Source: Candidatus Nanohalobium sp. (GTDB lineage: Archaea > Nanohalarchaeota > Nanosalinia > Nanosalinales > Nanosalinaceae). From it: a stretch of DNA of 32,925 nt. Every line of letters starts with the position of its first letter. Position 1 is the stretch's first letter. The translations under genes were made by a program, and so were the position numbers. The notes under the pieces are model-generated. The model saw nothing but the letters and a program-made list of their open reading frames with translations, was not told where the DNA came from and did no database searches. This document shows positions 17,769-26,254 of this stretch, in pieces. The stretch covers positions 20,374-53,298 of the forward strand of contig JBDGSM010000024.1 in NCBI GenBank assembly GCA_042217545.1, in the 5' to 3' direction.

Positions 17769-18167
17769 TTAGAGCTCCTGTATCCGGTAAAGATTGACCC
17801 AGGCCTTACTGGTCCCGGGATCGTCGGTGTATCTCATGTAGAAGATGTACATCTTCCCGTCGACAGTGAAGATGTTCCTTAGATCATGGACCTCGCCGTC
17901 CCTCTGAATGTTTTTCAGCTTCTGGACAGTGCCGTTTATACTTACGAAGAATCCCGAGCTGTTACCTGGCTGGATTATAAGCTGGAGGGTCCGGTTGTCA
18001 AAGTTGACATCTGTAATCATATGTGAGGAGTTTGCTGAGAAATCAACGTCCTTCACAAACTTCTGGGAGCCTGAAGTCTTTGCTCCGGAGAACCTGCCTG
18101 CTGCAAAACCCACAGCGAGTGAAACGATCAGGACTCCTGCGGTAATGAAGATTTCCCTTTTGTCCAT
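17769..18167 (-). CDS. Hypothetical exported or membrane-anchored protein
   Basis: N-terminal hydrophobic helix, then a beta-rich S/N-rich domain with N-x-S/T sequons. Confidence 0.75.
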   Translation of the reverse strand: MDKREIFITAGVLIVSLAVGFAAGRFSGAKTSGSQKFVKDVDFSANSSHMITDVNFDNRTLQLIIQPGNSSGFFVSINGTVQKLKNIQRDGEVHDLRNIFTVDGKMYIFYMRYTDDPGTSKAWVNLYRIQEL

Positions 18168-18235
18168 GAAAACTATTTGATGTTCCGAGGCTTTAAACCG
18201 GAACGGTTTCCAAAGGCCTGGATCACCTCTCCAGG

Positions 18236-18652
18236 TTATTCATCCGGAGTGAGATCAGGGTTAGCCAGTTTCCAGAACCTGTAAAATCCGTAACTGACTA
18301 TTGCAAAGCCTACAGCTCCCAGGAAGTTGAAGAAGCCTTTCCAGAACGGATCTGAAAGGCCGAGCGAATCAGAGAACTTTGAACCCCAGAGGATCTCGGG
18401 TAGCCTGTGGATAATAACAGCTCCAAGGCCTATAGCAACGAGCTCCATATCCTTTGCAATCTCGCCACCCCAGAGCTTCTTCCCACTGTAAATAGAGACA
18501 GGGGCGAAGAGGAGAACTATCAAGGTAATTAACTTGGTCGTTTTAACAGATATGAATCCCATCTGCCTTGCCATACCGCCCATTACGGCTACTGCAAGGC
18601 CTCCAGTCATTATAGCATAGTCCTCTCTAGTGAAGTTTTCCTCCTCTGGCAT
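18236..18652 (-). CDS. Hypothetical 4-TM membrane protein
   Basis: Four hydrophobic segments; TATA-like TTTAAG about 25 nt upstream of ATG. Confidence 0.75.
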   Translation of the reverse strand: MPEEENFTREDYAIMTGGLAVAVMGGMARQMGFISVKTTKLITLIVLLFAPVSIYSGKKLWGGEIAKDMELVAIGLGAVIIHRLPEILWGSKFSDSLGLSDPFWKGFFNFLGAVGFAIVSYGFYRFWKLANPDLTPDE

Positions 18653-18689
18653 AAAATTATGTAACGGACCCGCCGCTTAAATACCTTGC

Positions 18690-21422
18690 TTAAAACCTCT
18701 CTATCCTGGTCTCTACAGGCCTTTCAAATACTTTTCCCAGGCCTTCCCTGTAAAGTTCCAGCTGCTTCCTGTACTGTTCCATGTTCTCCGGATGTGAATC
18801 TGTCTTCCAGTCGACCACAAGAACCCTGTCTCCCTGCTTCACCAGTAAATCTACTACGCCCTCGTATACTTTTCCATCTCTGGAGATCTTCACTGGCCTT
18901 TCAGCTTCGAGTTCCCCATCCAGAGAGTCGATGAACTGTTTTACATTTTCCTCCTGTTCGGATGAGGCCTCCACTTCTTCACCGTTGACGTATTTCTCCG
19001 CGAAGCTGTGCACCCTGTTGCCGTTCTCCTTGTCTCCTTCTACAAGATCAAGTTCAGAATGAACCGATCTCAATTCAGGCCTTGACCCATCCGGCGCTTC
19101 TATCTCGAACAGTTCCAGATCCTCTGTATCGACTTCCACATCCCTGAGATCAGGTTCCAGTAGCTCCAGATCTCCTCTGAGGCCTTTAAAGAAGGTTGAT
19201 TCACGTTCATTCTCCGCGGTCAGGAAGAGATGTTGCTCTGCCCTGGTCATGGCGACGTACATTAGCCGTCTCTCCTCGTCGTAGTTTCCTGAGAGACATT
19301 TCATCAGTATCTCCGTCCTCCAGTTATCGTACTCAAAGGCGTATCCAGAGTTCCTGTAAATTTTCCTCTGCCTCAGACCTACAGGATCCTTGTACGTGAC
19401 TGCTTTCGAATCCGAGTTCTTCGACGGGAACTTGCCCTGGTTCACGTCCGATATGAAAACCGCAGGGTACTCAAGGCCTTTCGCCGCGTGTATCGTCTGT
19501 ATCTTGACAGTGTTCCTGTTGCCCGAGGAGTCAACCTCATAGATCTCGTTCTCCTCAATGTTCTCCTCAACGAACTGGATAAGTTCGCCAAGGTTCATGT
19601 AACTCGAGGTAAAGATATCGCTCAGCACCTCTATTATCTTGTCAGTGAACGCATTGGAGTAGCCATACTTCCTGAAGACAGTACGTGCAACGGCAGAAAC
19701 AGAGTCAAAGCTGTCCAGCCGTGCACGGAACTCAAGCATATCCTCCGGATAACTGTACTCCTCTTCATCCTCATCAAGTATATTCTCAGCCTCCTCAAGC
19801 CTGTAACCTGCTCTCTCCAGGACTACTGCCCAGCCTTTCCGTGAATGTTTATGGTTCAGTATTCTCAGCCACGCAAGCAATAGGATTGATGGATTCGTTT
19901 TGAAAAGCTCCACACCGCCCTCATAAGCGACAGGGATACCGTACTCGTGGGCCTTCTCCTGTAACTTCAGTCCAAAACTTCTCGTACGTGTCAGGACAGC
20001 CACATCTTCAAAATCCAGCTTCCTCTCCTCATCCCCGTACAGGTACTCTTCGTTGTCAACTATCTCAAGTATCTTGGTAAGCACAGCTTCAACCTCTTCA
20101 TCAGCCACAAACTTCTCAATCCTGGACTCCTGGTTCTCTATCATCGACTCAAGGCCTTCAACGTCCTGCTCATCGACTTCCTCGTATCTGTTCGCCGGCA
20201 ATCGTAGGCTTTGCTCTGCGTAATCCAGTATATCCTGAGAGGAACGGTAGTTCTTGCTCAGCTCAATCTCATGTACGTCAGTAACCGGGAAACTGACTCT
20301 ATCCCTGTCCTGATTCAACTCCTTCCTGAACTCCTGAAGCCGCTGACGGAACTCCTGGATATTCTCCACGGAAGCATACTGGAAACTGTAGATCGACTGC
20401 TTCCAGTCACCAACCGCGGCGATATTAGGCCTTTCAGCCAGAAGTAGCGCCAGCTTGAACTGCAGCGGGTTGGTATCCTGGAACTCGTCGATCATCATAT
20501 ACTTGAAGCTCTCCTGCCTCCTGACGTACTCGTTTTCAAGCAACAGGACGTAAGCGAACATCATCAGGAAGGAAAAGTTCAGATAATTTCTTGAAAGGCA
20601 GTAACGCACGTACTCGAAGTAAATATCATGTACAAAGGCCTTCAGCTCCTCCCTGTCCTCTTCAAAGGCCTTCTCCCCGAAGTCCTTCCTCACGCTTTTC
20701 GTGCCGTAGCCTCCTCTTACCTCTTCCTCTTCTGGCGCGTCATCCGGAAAGTTCTTGTACCTGTAGCTGTACAGCCTGTTCCTGAGGTCGCTCTGCTTCT
20801 GACCGTTGCTTGACTGTCGAGGCCTGTTCGCCTCCTTGAAAAGCTCCAGGAACTCCTCCTTATCGCCGTCAAGAAAGCTTTCTGTATCCCTGTACCAGCC
20901 CTCTTTCTCCGGGATTATACCTTTGGATGCGAGCGACTTTATCAGGTGGAGGAAGCTGTCATAAGTTCTCGAGATGCGGTAGAAGTTGGAGTACTCCGGG
21001 TTGTTCTCTATGAAACGGTTCATGAACCGGTCGAACTCCTGGCGTTCACGTATCTGGCTCTCCAGCACGTCGATGTCCTCGATGCTGTCACCTATTCCCA
21101 GCTCCTGCGGCGTTGAGAAACCGTTCCGCTCCAGTATCTTCTGGCAGTGGCTGTGAAATGTTGAGATCGGGGCGTCCCAGATATCCGAGGCCTGGTAATC
21201 CGATTCAGAGACTATGCGCTCCGCCATCTCGTCCGCAGCGTTCCTTGTAAACGTCGCAAGGAAGATATCCTCCGGCTCCACGTCTTCAAGGATCTCTATG
21301 TAACGATGAGTTATAGTAAAAGTTTTTCCAGTTCCTGCACCGGCGTTGACCAGGTAGAGGCCTTCAGTGTTATCGATAAGTTTTTGCTGCTGCGGGTTCG
21401 GATTGATCTCCTCTTCTGTCAT
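18690..21422 (-). CDS. UvrD/AddA-like SF1 helicase with C-terminal RecB-like PD-(D/E)XK nuclease
   Basis: AGAGTGKT, TFTRNAA, DEFQD, VGDWKQSIYSF, NYRS, TIHAAKGLE, EERRLMYVAMTRA; nuclease G.VD...VDWKT...QL.LY. Confidence 0.93.
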   Translation of the reverse strand: MTEEEINPNPQQQKLIDNTEGLYLVNAGAGTGKTFTITHRYIEILEDVEPEDIFLATFTRNAADEMAERIVSESDYQASDIWDAPISTFHSHCQKILERNGFSTPQELGIGDSIEDIDVLESQIRERQEFDRFMNRFIENNPEYSNFYRISRTYDSFLHLIKSLASKGIIPEKEGWYRDTESFLDGDKEEFLELFKEANRPRQSSNGQKQSDLRNRLYSYRYKNFPDDAPEEEEVRGGYGTKSVRKDFGEKAFEEDREELKAFVHDIYFEYVRYCLSRNYLNFSFLMMFAYVLLLENEYVRRQESFKYMMIDEFQDTNPLQFKLALLLAERPNIAAVGDWKQSIYSFQYASVENIQEFRQRLQEFRKELNQDRDRVSFPVTDVHEIELSKNYRSSQDILDYAEQSLRLPANRYEEVDEQDVEGLESMIENQESRIEKFVADEEVEAVLTKILEIVDNEEYLYGDEERKLDFEDVAVLTRTRSFGLKLQEKAHEYGIPVAYEGGVELFKTNPSILLLAWLRILNHKHSRKGWAVVLERAGYRLEEAENILDEDEEEYSYPEDMLEFRARLDSFDSVSAVARTVFRKYGYSNAFTDKIIEVLSDIFTSSYMNLGELIQFVEENIEENEIYEVDSSGNRNTVKIQTIHAAKGLEYPAVFISDVNQGKFPSKNSDSKAVTYKDPVGLRQRKIYRNSGYAFEYDNWRTEILMKCLSGNYDEERRLMYVAMTRAEQHLFLTAENERESTFFKGLRGDLELLEPDLRDVEVDTEDLELFEIEAPDGSRPELRSVHSELDLVEGDKENGNRVHSFAEKYVNGEEVEASSEQEENVKQFIDSLDGELEAERPVKISRDGKVYEGVVDLLVKQGDRVLVVDWKTDSHPENMEQYRKQLELYREGLGKVFERPVETRIERF

Positions 21423-23986
21423 TTGACTATCAGGTCTCTATCAGGTAAGTCATCTGCTTTTGCATCCAGCGGGAACCTTGAGCCCCTGTACTCATTCAGC
21501 TCGTCCAGCTTCTCCTGCAAGAATTCCTCGAACAGGTCGATATCATCTCTGAAGTAGTTCTCCATGTGGAAATCCACCAGCTTCTTCAGGGCCGATTCGA
21601 CCCCGTTTCTCACGTACTTGTAGTCTCCGACCTCCTTTCTCGCATAGGCCTTGAAATCCTCTGCGAACTGTGACGCAAGAACTTCCTTCCTATCATGAGT
21701 CTTCGGGAACTCGTTCTCCTCCATGAACTTCTTGAACTGGTGGCATCCCAGCTTTTCAAGAGTCTTCCTCCGGTCATTGCTCTTCGCCACATCCTTTATC
21801 AGCAGCTCGAAGGCCTGATTCGACGCAACTTTCTCACTGAACTTTTCAGGGTAATAAGTCACTGTTACGACGTTATCCTCCATCTCTCCATCGCCTGTAA
21901 CCTCTTCGCCAAGGTTGTCCAGGAAATGGAAGAAAGTGAAGTTCAACTCCTCACCAGGAACCTGTTTGCGGTGATAGGCCAGGTACATCGGGGCCTGGAA
22001 ATTGGGATACCGCTCATCGCCGTGAAGCGCAACCTTCGACTTCTTGACAACTTTTTTCTCCGACTTCCTTCTCCCCGATTTGTAGTCCACCAGGTTCTGC
22101 CGGTCCTGGATGAAATCCAGCTTCCCCTTCCCTCCCAGCTCAGAATCTTCGAACCACATCTCCGTGATCTCCGAACGGACAGGCCTTTCATACTTCTCGG
22201 CGAAGACGTTCTCGTCCCTTTCCTTCTTCTCGTAGCCGTCTATCTCCTTCCTGGAGACGTCCCTCGTCTTCACGAAGTTCCTGATATTCTTTATCCCGAC
22301 GCGGAACTCGGTCTCCAGCTTCTCAAGATCCAGATCATCCGCATAAGGCCTTATACTCTCCAGCATGAACTCCACGACCTCTCTATCACCTTTCTCATCC
22401 ATGAAATCCGGGTAGTTGACGTAGAACTCTGCGTAGTCATGGAAGAGGTTTCCTTTCTCCAGCGCTTCCTCGTCAACGTCGGAAACAAGCTCGGAGACGT
22501 AGTAGAAACGCGGACTCATGGCAAAGTTGTTCAGGGAGGACTGGCTCAGCACCTCGACCTCAGATGTCTCTATACCGAGGCCTTCACGTTCGAAGCCGTT
22601 GCCGTACTCCTCTTTCCCGGGCCTTACACGTTTATGTGGCAGTTCACGGAAGTTGATGAACTCCTCTTCAAGCAGCTGGTTCAGGTAGAAACATGGTTTC
22701 ACGTCCTCACCCATCTGCTTGTCCTGGACCATGAAAACTGGTTTACCTGACTGAAGCAGTGATTCAAAGTCCTTCAGGTTTTCTTTCTCCCTCTTCTCCT
22801 GGTCTACCCATGCAAGGTTCTCCGGCTCCTGCCTCCAGTCCGATTCCATGCCGACGAAGAAGACTACAGGCCTGTCGACACGGGAGACCTTCTTCGGATC
22901 GGCGAAAAGAACTCCGTCCTCCTCTATCTCCTCGCTCGGGGCAAAACTGTCCAGGTAGTACTCTATCTGGTTCAAGCGGCCTTCGGACACCATCTCGTCC
23001 TCGATATCAAGCTCCTCAAGTATGGATTTAACAGGTTCAAGGCCTCGGTTCGTGAACTCCTCGTACTTCCGCACGACTTCCTCGAACGGAAGATGCTCCA
23101 TCATCATGAAGAACTCCCGGAAATCCTCGAGGCCTGACTCAAGGTCTTCCACGAACTTTTCGCTCTCCGCCGCGGAGACAGGCACGTTCAGCTCCTGAAG
23201 AACAGGCCTGATATCCTTCACACGCACCCTCTTCGATGAAAGACCTGTACGCACAAGTGAGAGGAAGGTACGCAGGTCCTCATCTTCTGAGAGGTCCTGC
23301 TGCTTCAGGTACGGGATGTCGGAGGCCTCGAGCGTGGATTCGAGAAGTGACTGGTAGCCGGAGGATGGATCGACCACGACGCCGGCGTTCTCCGGTCCGA
23401 CGTTCTCTATGTTCTCCTTCAGGGCCTGTATCAGTGCGTTCGAGGAGTTGAAGACGTTGAACTCCGGCAGCTCCTGTTCCTCCTCCGTGAAGAGGCCTAT
23501 CTCATCGTAATCTTCAGGCAGAATCTTTCTGTCAAGTTTGTTAAGCTGGTACGGTGCGATCACTGCGACATCTTTTTCTCCAGAGATCCTGTGTTCCTCC
23601 AGGGCCTGTAGCGGGTTGTCCGTCTCCCTCAGTACTTCGATGACTTTTTCTACTGCTTCGCCTTCGAAGCCGTGTTGCTTTATAGCTTCCAGGTCTCCTG
23701 TCTCCTGCCAGCAGCTGATGACGCTCGAGAGAAGGTATGAGGCCTGTTTCCAGGGGAGGCCTTCCTCGTTCACAAGTCTGAGGAAGATGTCGCGTTTGAA
23801 GTCTTCTTCCGCGAGTTCGTCGCCGTAGGCCTCTCTCTGCGGTGTTGCAGCGAACCTGCCAAGTTTGGATTCGTCCAGCCTTCTCTTCAGCGAGTCCGCT
23901 GTCGAGGCCTCCGCGGTCAGGACCAGGTCGTATTCCCGGACTTCTTCGTACATCTGGTCCAGTGTCTTGGCTTTTCGAACTTTCAT
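21419..23986 (-). CDS. AddB-like protein with a degenerate helicase-like N-terminus and a PD-(D/E)XK nuclease domain
   Basis: SQSSLNNF, GNLFH, E...GKLD...VDYKSG, Q..MY; no Walker A; ATGA overlap with the helicase gene. Confidence 0.8.
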   Translation of the reverse strand: MKVRKAKTLDQMYEEVREYDLVLTAEASTADSLKRRLDESKLGRFAATPQREAYGDELAEEDFKRDIFLRLVNEEGLPWKQASYLLSSVISCWQETGDLEAIKQHGFEGEAVEKVIEVLRETDNPLQALEEHRISGEKDVAVIAPYQLNKLDRKILPEDYDEIGLFTEEEQELPEFNVFNSSNALIQALKENIENVGPENAGVVVDPSSGYQSLLESTLEASDIPYLKQQDLSEDEDLRTFLSLVRTGLSSKRVRVKDIRPVLQELNVPVSAAESEKFVEDLESGLEDFREFFMMMEHLPFEEVVRKYEEFTNRGLEPVKSILEELDIEDEMVSEGRLNQIEYYLDSFAPSEEIEEDGVLFADPKKVSRVDRPVVFFVGMESDWRQEPENLAWVDQEKREKENLKDFESLLQSGKPVFMVQDKQMGEDVKPCFYLNQLLEEEFINFRELPHKRVRPGKEEYGNGFEREGLGIETSEVEVLSQSSLNNFAMSPRFYYVSELVSDVDEEALEKGNLFHDYAEFYVNYPDFMDEKGDREVVEFMLESIRPYADDLDLEKLETEFRVGIKNIRNFVKTRDVSRKEIDGYEKKERDENVFAEKYERPVRSEITEMWFEDSELGGKGKLDFIQDRQNLVDYKSGRRKSEKKVVKKSKVALHGDERYPNFQAPMYLAYHRKQVPGEELNFTFFHFLDNLGEEVTGDGEMEDNVVTVTYYPEKFSEKVASNQAFELLIKDVAKSNDRRKTLEKLGCHQFKKFMEENEFPKTHDRKEVLASQFAEDFKAYARKEVGDYKYVRNGVESALKKLVDFHMENYFRDDIDLFEEFLQEKLDELNEYRGSRFPLDAKADDLPDRDLIVK

Positions 23987-24052
23987 AGAGAACTGTGAGG
24001 CCTTATCCTTTAACCGGGTTACGCTCCCGTTTCCGTTTCTTCCGGGAGAAAT

Positions 24053-24685
24053 CTATTCCAGGTACTCCTCCAGTACTGACGGGAACTTCCTGCCTTTCAC
24101 GTAGCTGACTCCGAAGTCCTCCGCCCATGAGATCACGCCCTTATCCTCTGTTACGATTGTGGCGTCTATCTCCCTGGAGAGCAGGATCATGTCCAGGTCT
24201 TCACGTGAGTCAAGTATGCCTTTTCTCATGGTTTCCTTGTACTTGTCCCTGAGATCCGAGATCACGACGTCCTCTGACGTGTAGTGTTCCTTGTCCGGTT
24301 CTTCAGTCTCTTCGACTTCCCTGACAGCTTTCTCTGCGTCTCTCAGGCCTTTGTTGATCCGATCCCTCATATCTTCGATGAAGTCTGCGACCGCTTCCCC
24401 GGGAACTTCGACTTCGTAGCGTGAAGGACTTTTCTTCGTGACCCAGGCCTCCAGCTTCTCTATGGTTTCGTCCTCCACGTCGTTGTCCCTGAGGATCTCC
24501 CTGAGCTCTGCAAAAGTCGATGGAGGCATGTAGAATTCCATGTCTTCCTCCCTTGTCGCTTCCTTGATTGTTTCGAGAAGGCCTCTGACTGCGGACTCCA
24601 GGCTTTCGTTGTCTCTGATGTAGTTTGTTAGGAATGCTGAGGTGTCCAGTACGTATTTCCTGTCGAGGCCTTCTTCCTGAGTCAT
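24053..24685 (-). CDS. RNA-free ribonuclease P (HARP, PIN-like, Aq880 family)
   Basis: VLDTSAF, YMPPS, KSPSRY, MRDRINKGLRDAE, RKGILDSREDLD, TEDKG. Confidence 0.9.
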   Translation of the reverse strand: MTQEEGLDRKYVLDTSAFLTNYIRDNESLESAVRGLLETIKEATREEDMEFYMPPSTFAELREILRDNDVEDETIEKLEAWVTKKSPSRYEVEVPGEAVADFIEDMRDRINKGLRDAEKAVREVEETEEPDKEHYTSEDVVISDLRDKYKETMRKGILDSREDLDMILLSREIDATIVTEDKGVISWAEDFGVSYVKGRKFPSVLEEYLE

Positions 24686-24718
24686 GTCTCTGTTTGAAGG
24701 GCGAAGTTTTATGGGGTT

Positions 24719-26170
24719 TTACTTGTTCTTGGGCTTGAGGTTGTAATAGCCTCTCTGGAGGTAGTCTTCCCCGAGGTCCGGGTACCAGTCCTCGATGTTT
24801 TTCCAGAGGTCGCTGTGCCTGTTGTTGACATGTCTCTCCACCGGCATGGTTTCCTGGCCTGCCAGATCTCTCATCAGCTTGTTGACGTGTAGTGCGGAGA
24901 CCTGTTCGTCGAGGCCTGACCATCTTGCGATCAGGTCGGCCATAGATCCCGGACTACCGTTGAGTTCCGGTGAAAGGTAGACTGTGCCGTCCTCTTCTTC
25001 GTACTCCTTAGCTCTCTCTATGTAATGGTCTGGGAGGTGCTGTATATCCTCCATGCTTGTTTCTATCAGGTCCATACCGATCTTGAAAGGTTTCCTGTCC
25101 AGGTCCTTGTTGTAGTTGAACTCGTCAGGCCCGAAAGAGCCGATTATATCATGTGCCAGGTTTCTGGCCTGTCTTCCCAGAAGTGCGGAGTTGTTCTCCG
25201 CCCTCCTGTTGAACTCCGGCATAGGTATCTTCTCGTTGTAGTTGACGTCTACAGGTTCGACGCGTGGCTCTGCACCGGGACCAGGCCCTCTGTAGGCCTT
25301 CAGGGCCTTTCCGTATACTCTGTAGTCTGTTCCGTTTATGACGCCGTCCATCTGCGAGAGATTGGTCCTGATGTCGTCTTCAGTATTGTTTCTTCTCTCC
25401 GCATTGACTATCTGGTCTCCTACCGTGATAACTCTCAGGTCGCTGTCGTGAGGTATCTCAGGCTGTACAATGTATTCGTCGGGATCTATCAGCTCGTCTT
25501 GGTCTTCTCGGTCTATTCCTCCTTCAAGGAATTCCGCTACTTCGTGCATATCGTCGAATGATTCGACGCCGTCTCCGAATGAGCCGTTGTACGGTTTTGC
25601 GACGTACCCGTGCTCTCCTCCATCTCCCAGTTCCTGTTCGACGTACTGGGGGCCTCCTTCCAGGTATTCGTCTCCTTTCAGGCTTGGGATGCCGGGAAGG
25701 CCTTTGTCCTCGAAATGTTTGGATGTCTCGTATTTGTCCTTGAACAGGTTGATCATGTCGATGGGGTTGATGACGACGTCGTCTTCGCTGTTCTTCAGAT
25801 AATCCTTGAACTCCGGTTTCGCATGTTTTCTTGCCTTGTTCGACATGTTGATGACGTAGTTGTCTCCTTCCTCCAGTCCGTGGAGTTCGCGGACGTTCTG
25901 CCATGATTCTGGTGTGTGGTAGTGGTTGCTCCAGTTCGCCATAGGAGGGCCTTCATGTGAAAAACGGTCCTGGAGGCCTGAAGTCCCTGCCAGAACGTTT
26001 CTGCGGGACTGGTAGAAAGGCTTTCTCTCATCTGAAAGCTGGCCGTAGCTCATGAATGCCATCGGTTCATCCCTGAACAGGGCGTAAGGTTCTTTGCTGT
26101 CGCTCTGCCAGCCGTCAATGTCCTCAAACTCAAGTTGCCAGCCAGAACTGATACCTCCGACCGTAGACAT
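24719..26170 (-). CDS. Enlarged RimK-like ATP-grasp ligase
   Basis: DKYET, VAKPYNGSFGDGV, IVQPEI, DLRVITVG, RTNLS, GMDL, ELNGSPG. Confidence 0.8.
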   Translation of the reverse strand: MSTVGGISSGWQLEFEDIDGWQSDSKEPYALFRDEPMAFMSYGQLSDERKPFYQSRRNVLAGTSGLQDRFSHEGPPMANWSNHYHTPESWQNVRELHGLEEGDNYVINMSNKARKHAKPEFKDYLKNSEDDVVINPIDMINLFKDKYETSKHFEDKGLPGIPSLKGDEYLEGGPQYVEQELGDGGEHGYVAKPYNGSFGDGVESFDDMHEVAEFLEGGIDREDQDELIDPDEYIVQPEIPHDSDLRVITVGDQIVNAERRNNTEDDIRTNLSQMDGVINGTDYRVYGKALKAYRGPGPGAEPRVEPVDVNYNEKIPMPEFNRRAENNSALLGRQARNLAHDIIGSFGPDEFNYNKDLDRKPFKIGMDLIETSMEDIQHLPDHYIERAKEYEEEDGTVYLSPELNGSPGSMADLIARWSGLDEQVSALHVNKLMRDLAGQETMPVERHVNNRHSDLWKNIEDWYPDLGEDYLQRGYYNLKPKNK

Positions 26171-26254
26171 ACCTGTATAACTGCAAGGTAACAAATAAAT
26201 AAGTGGAAAAATTTGTTACGGAGAAAAAACAAAAAAGACCGGGGTTAGGCCTTT

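Noticed and set aside
21695..22750. 351-aa antisense ORF and other shadow ORFs
   Set aside because: Antisense to well-supported genes; L/F/V-rich mirror of acidic codons; no motifs
18690..23986. AGGCCT as a classical Chi site for the AddAB-like pair
   Set aside because: Known Chi sites are asymmetric and strand-polarised; there is no direct evidence, so it is kept only as a testable idea
24719..26170. LysX of the LysW/AAA lysine pathway
   Set aside because: No lysW/Y/Z/J/K nearby, protein much larger than LysX, and the DAP route is encoded
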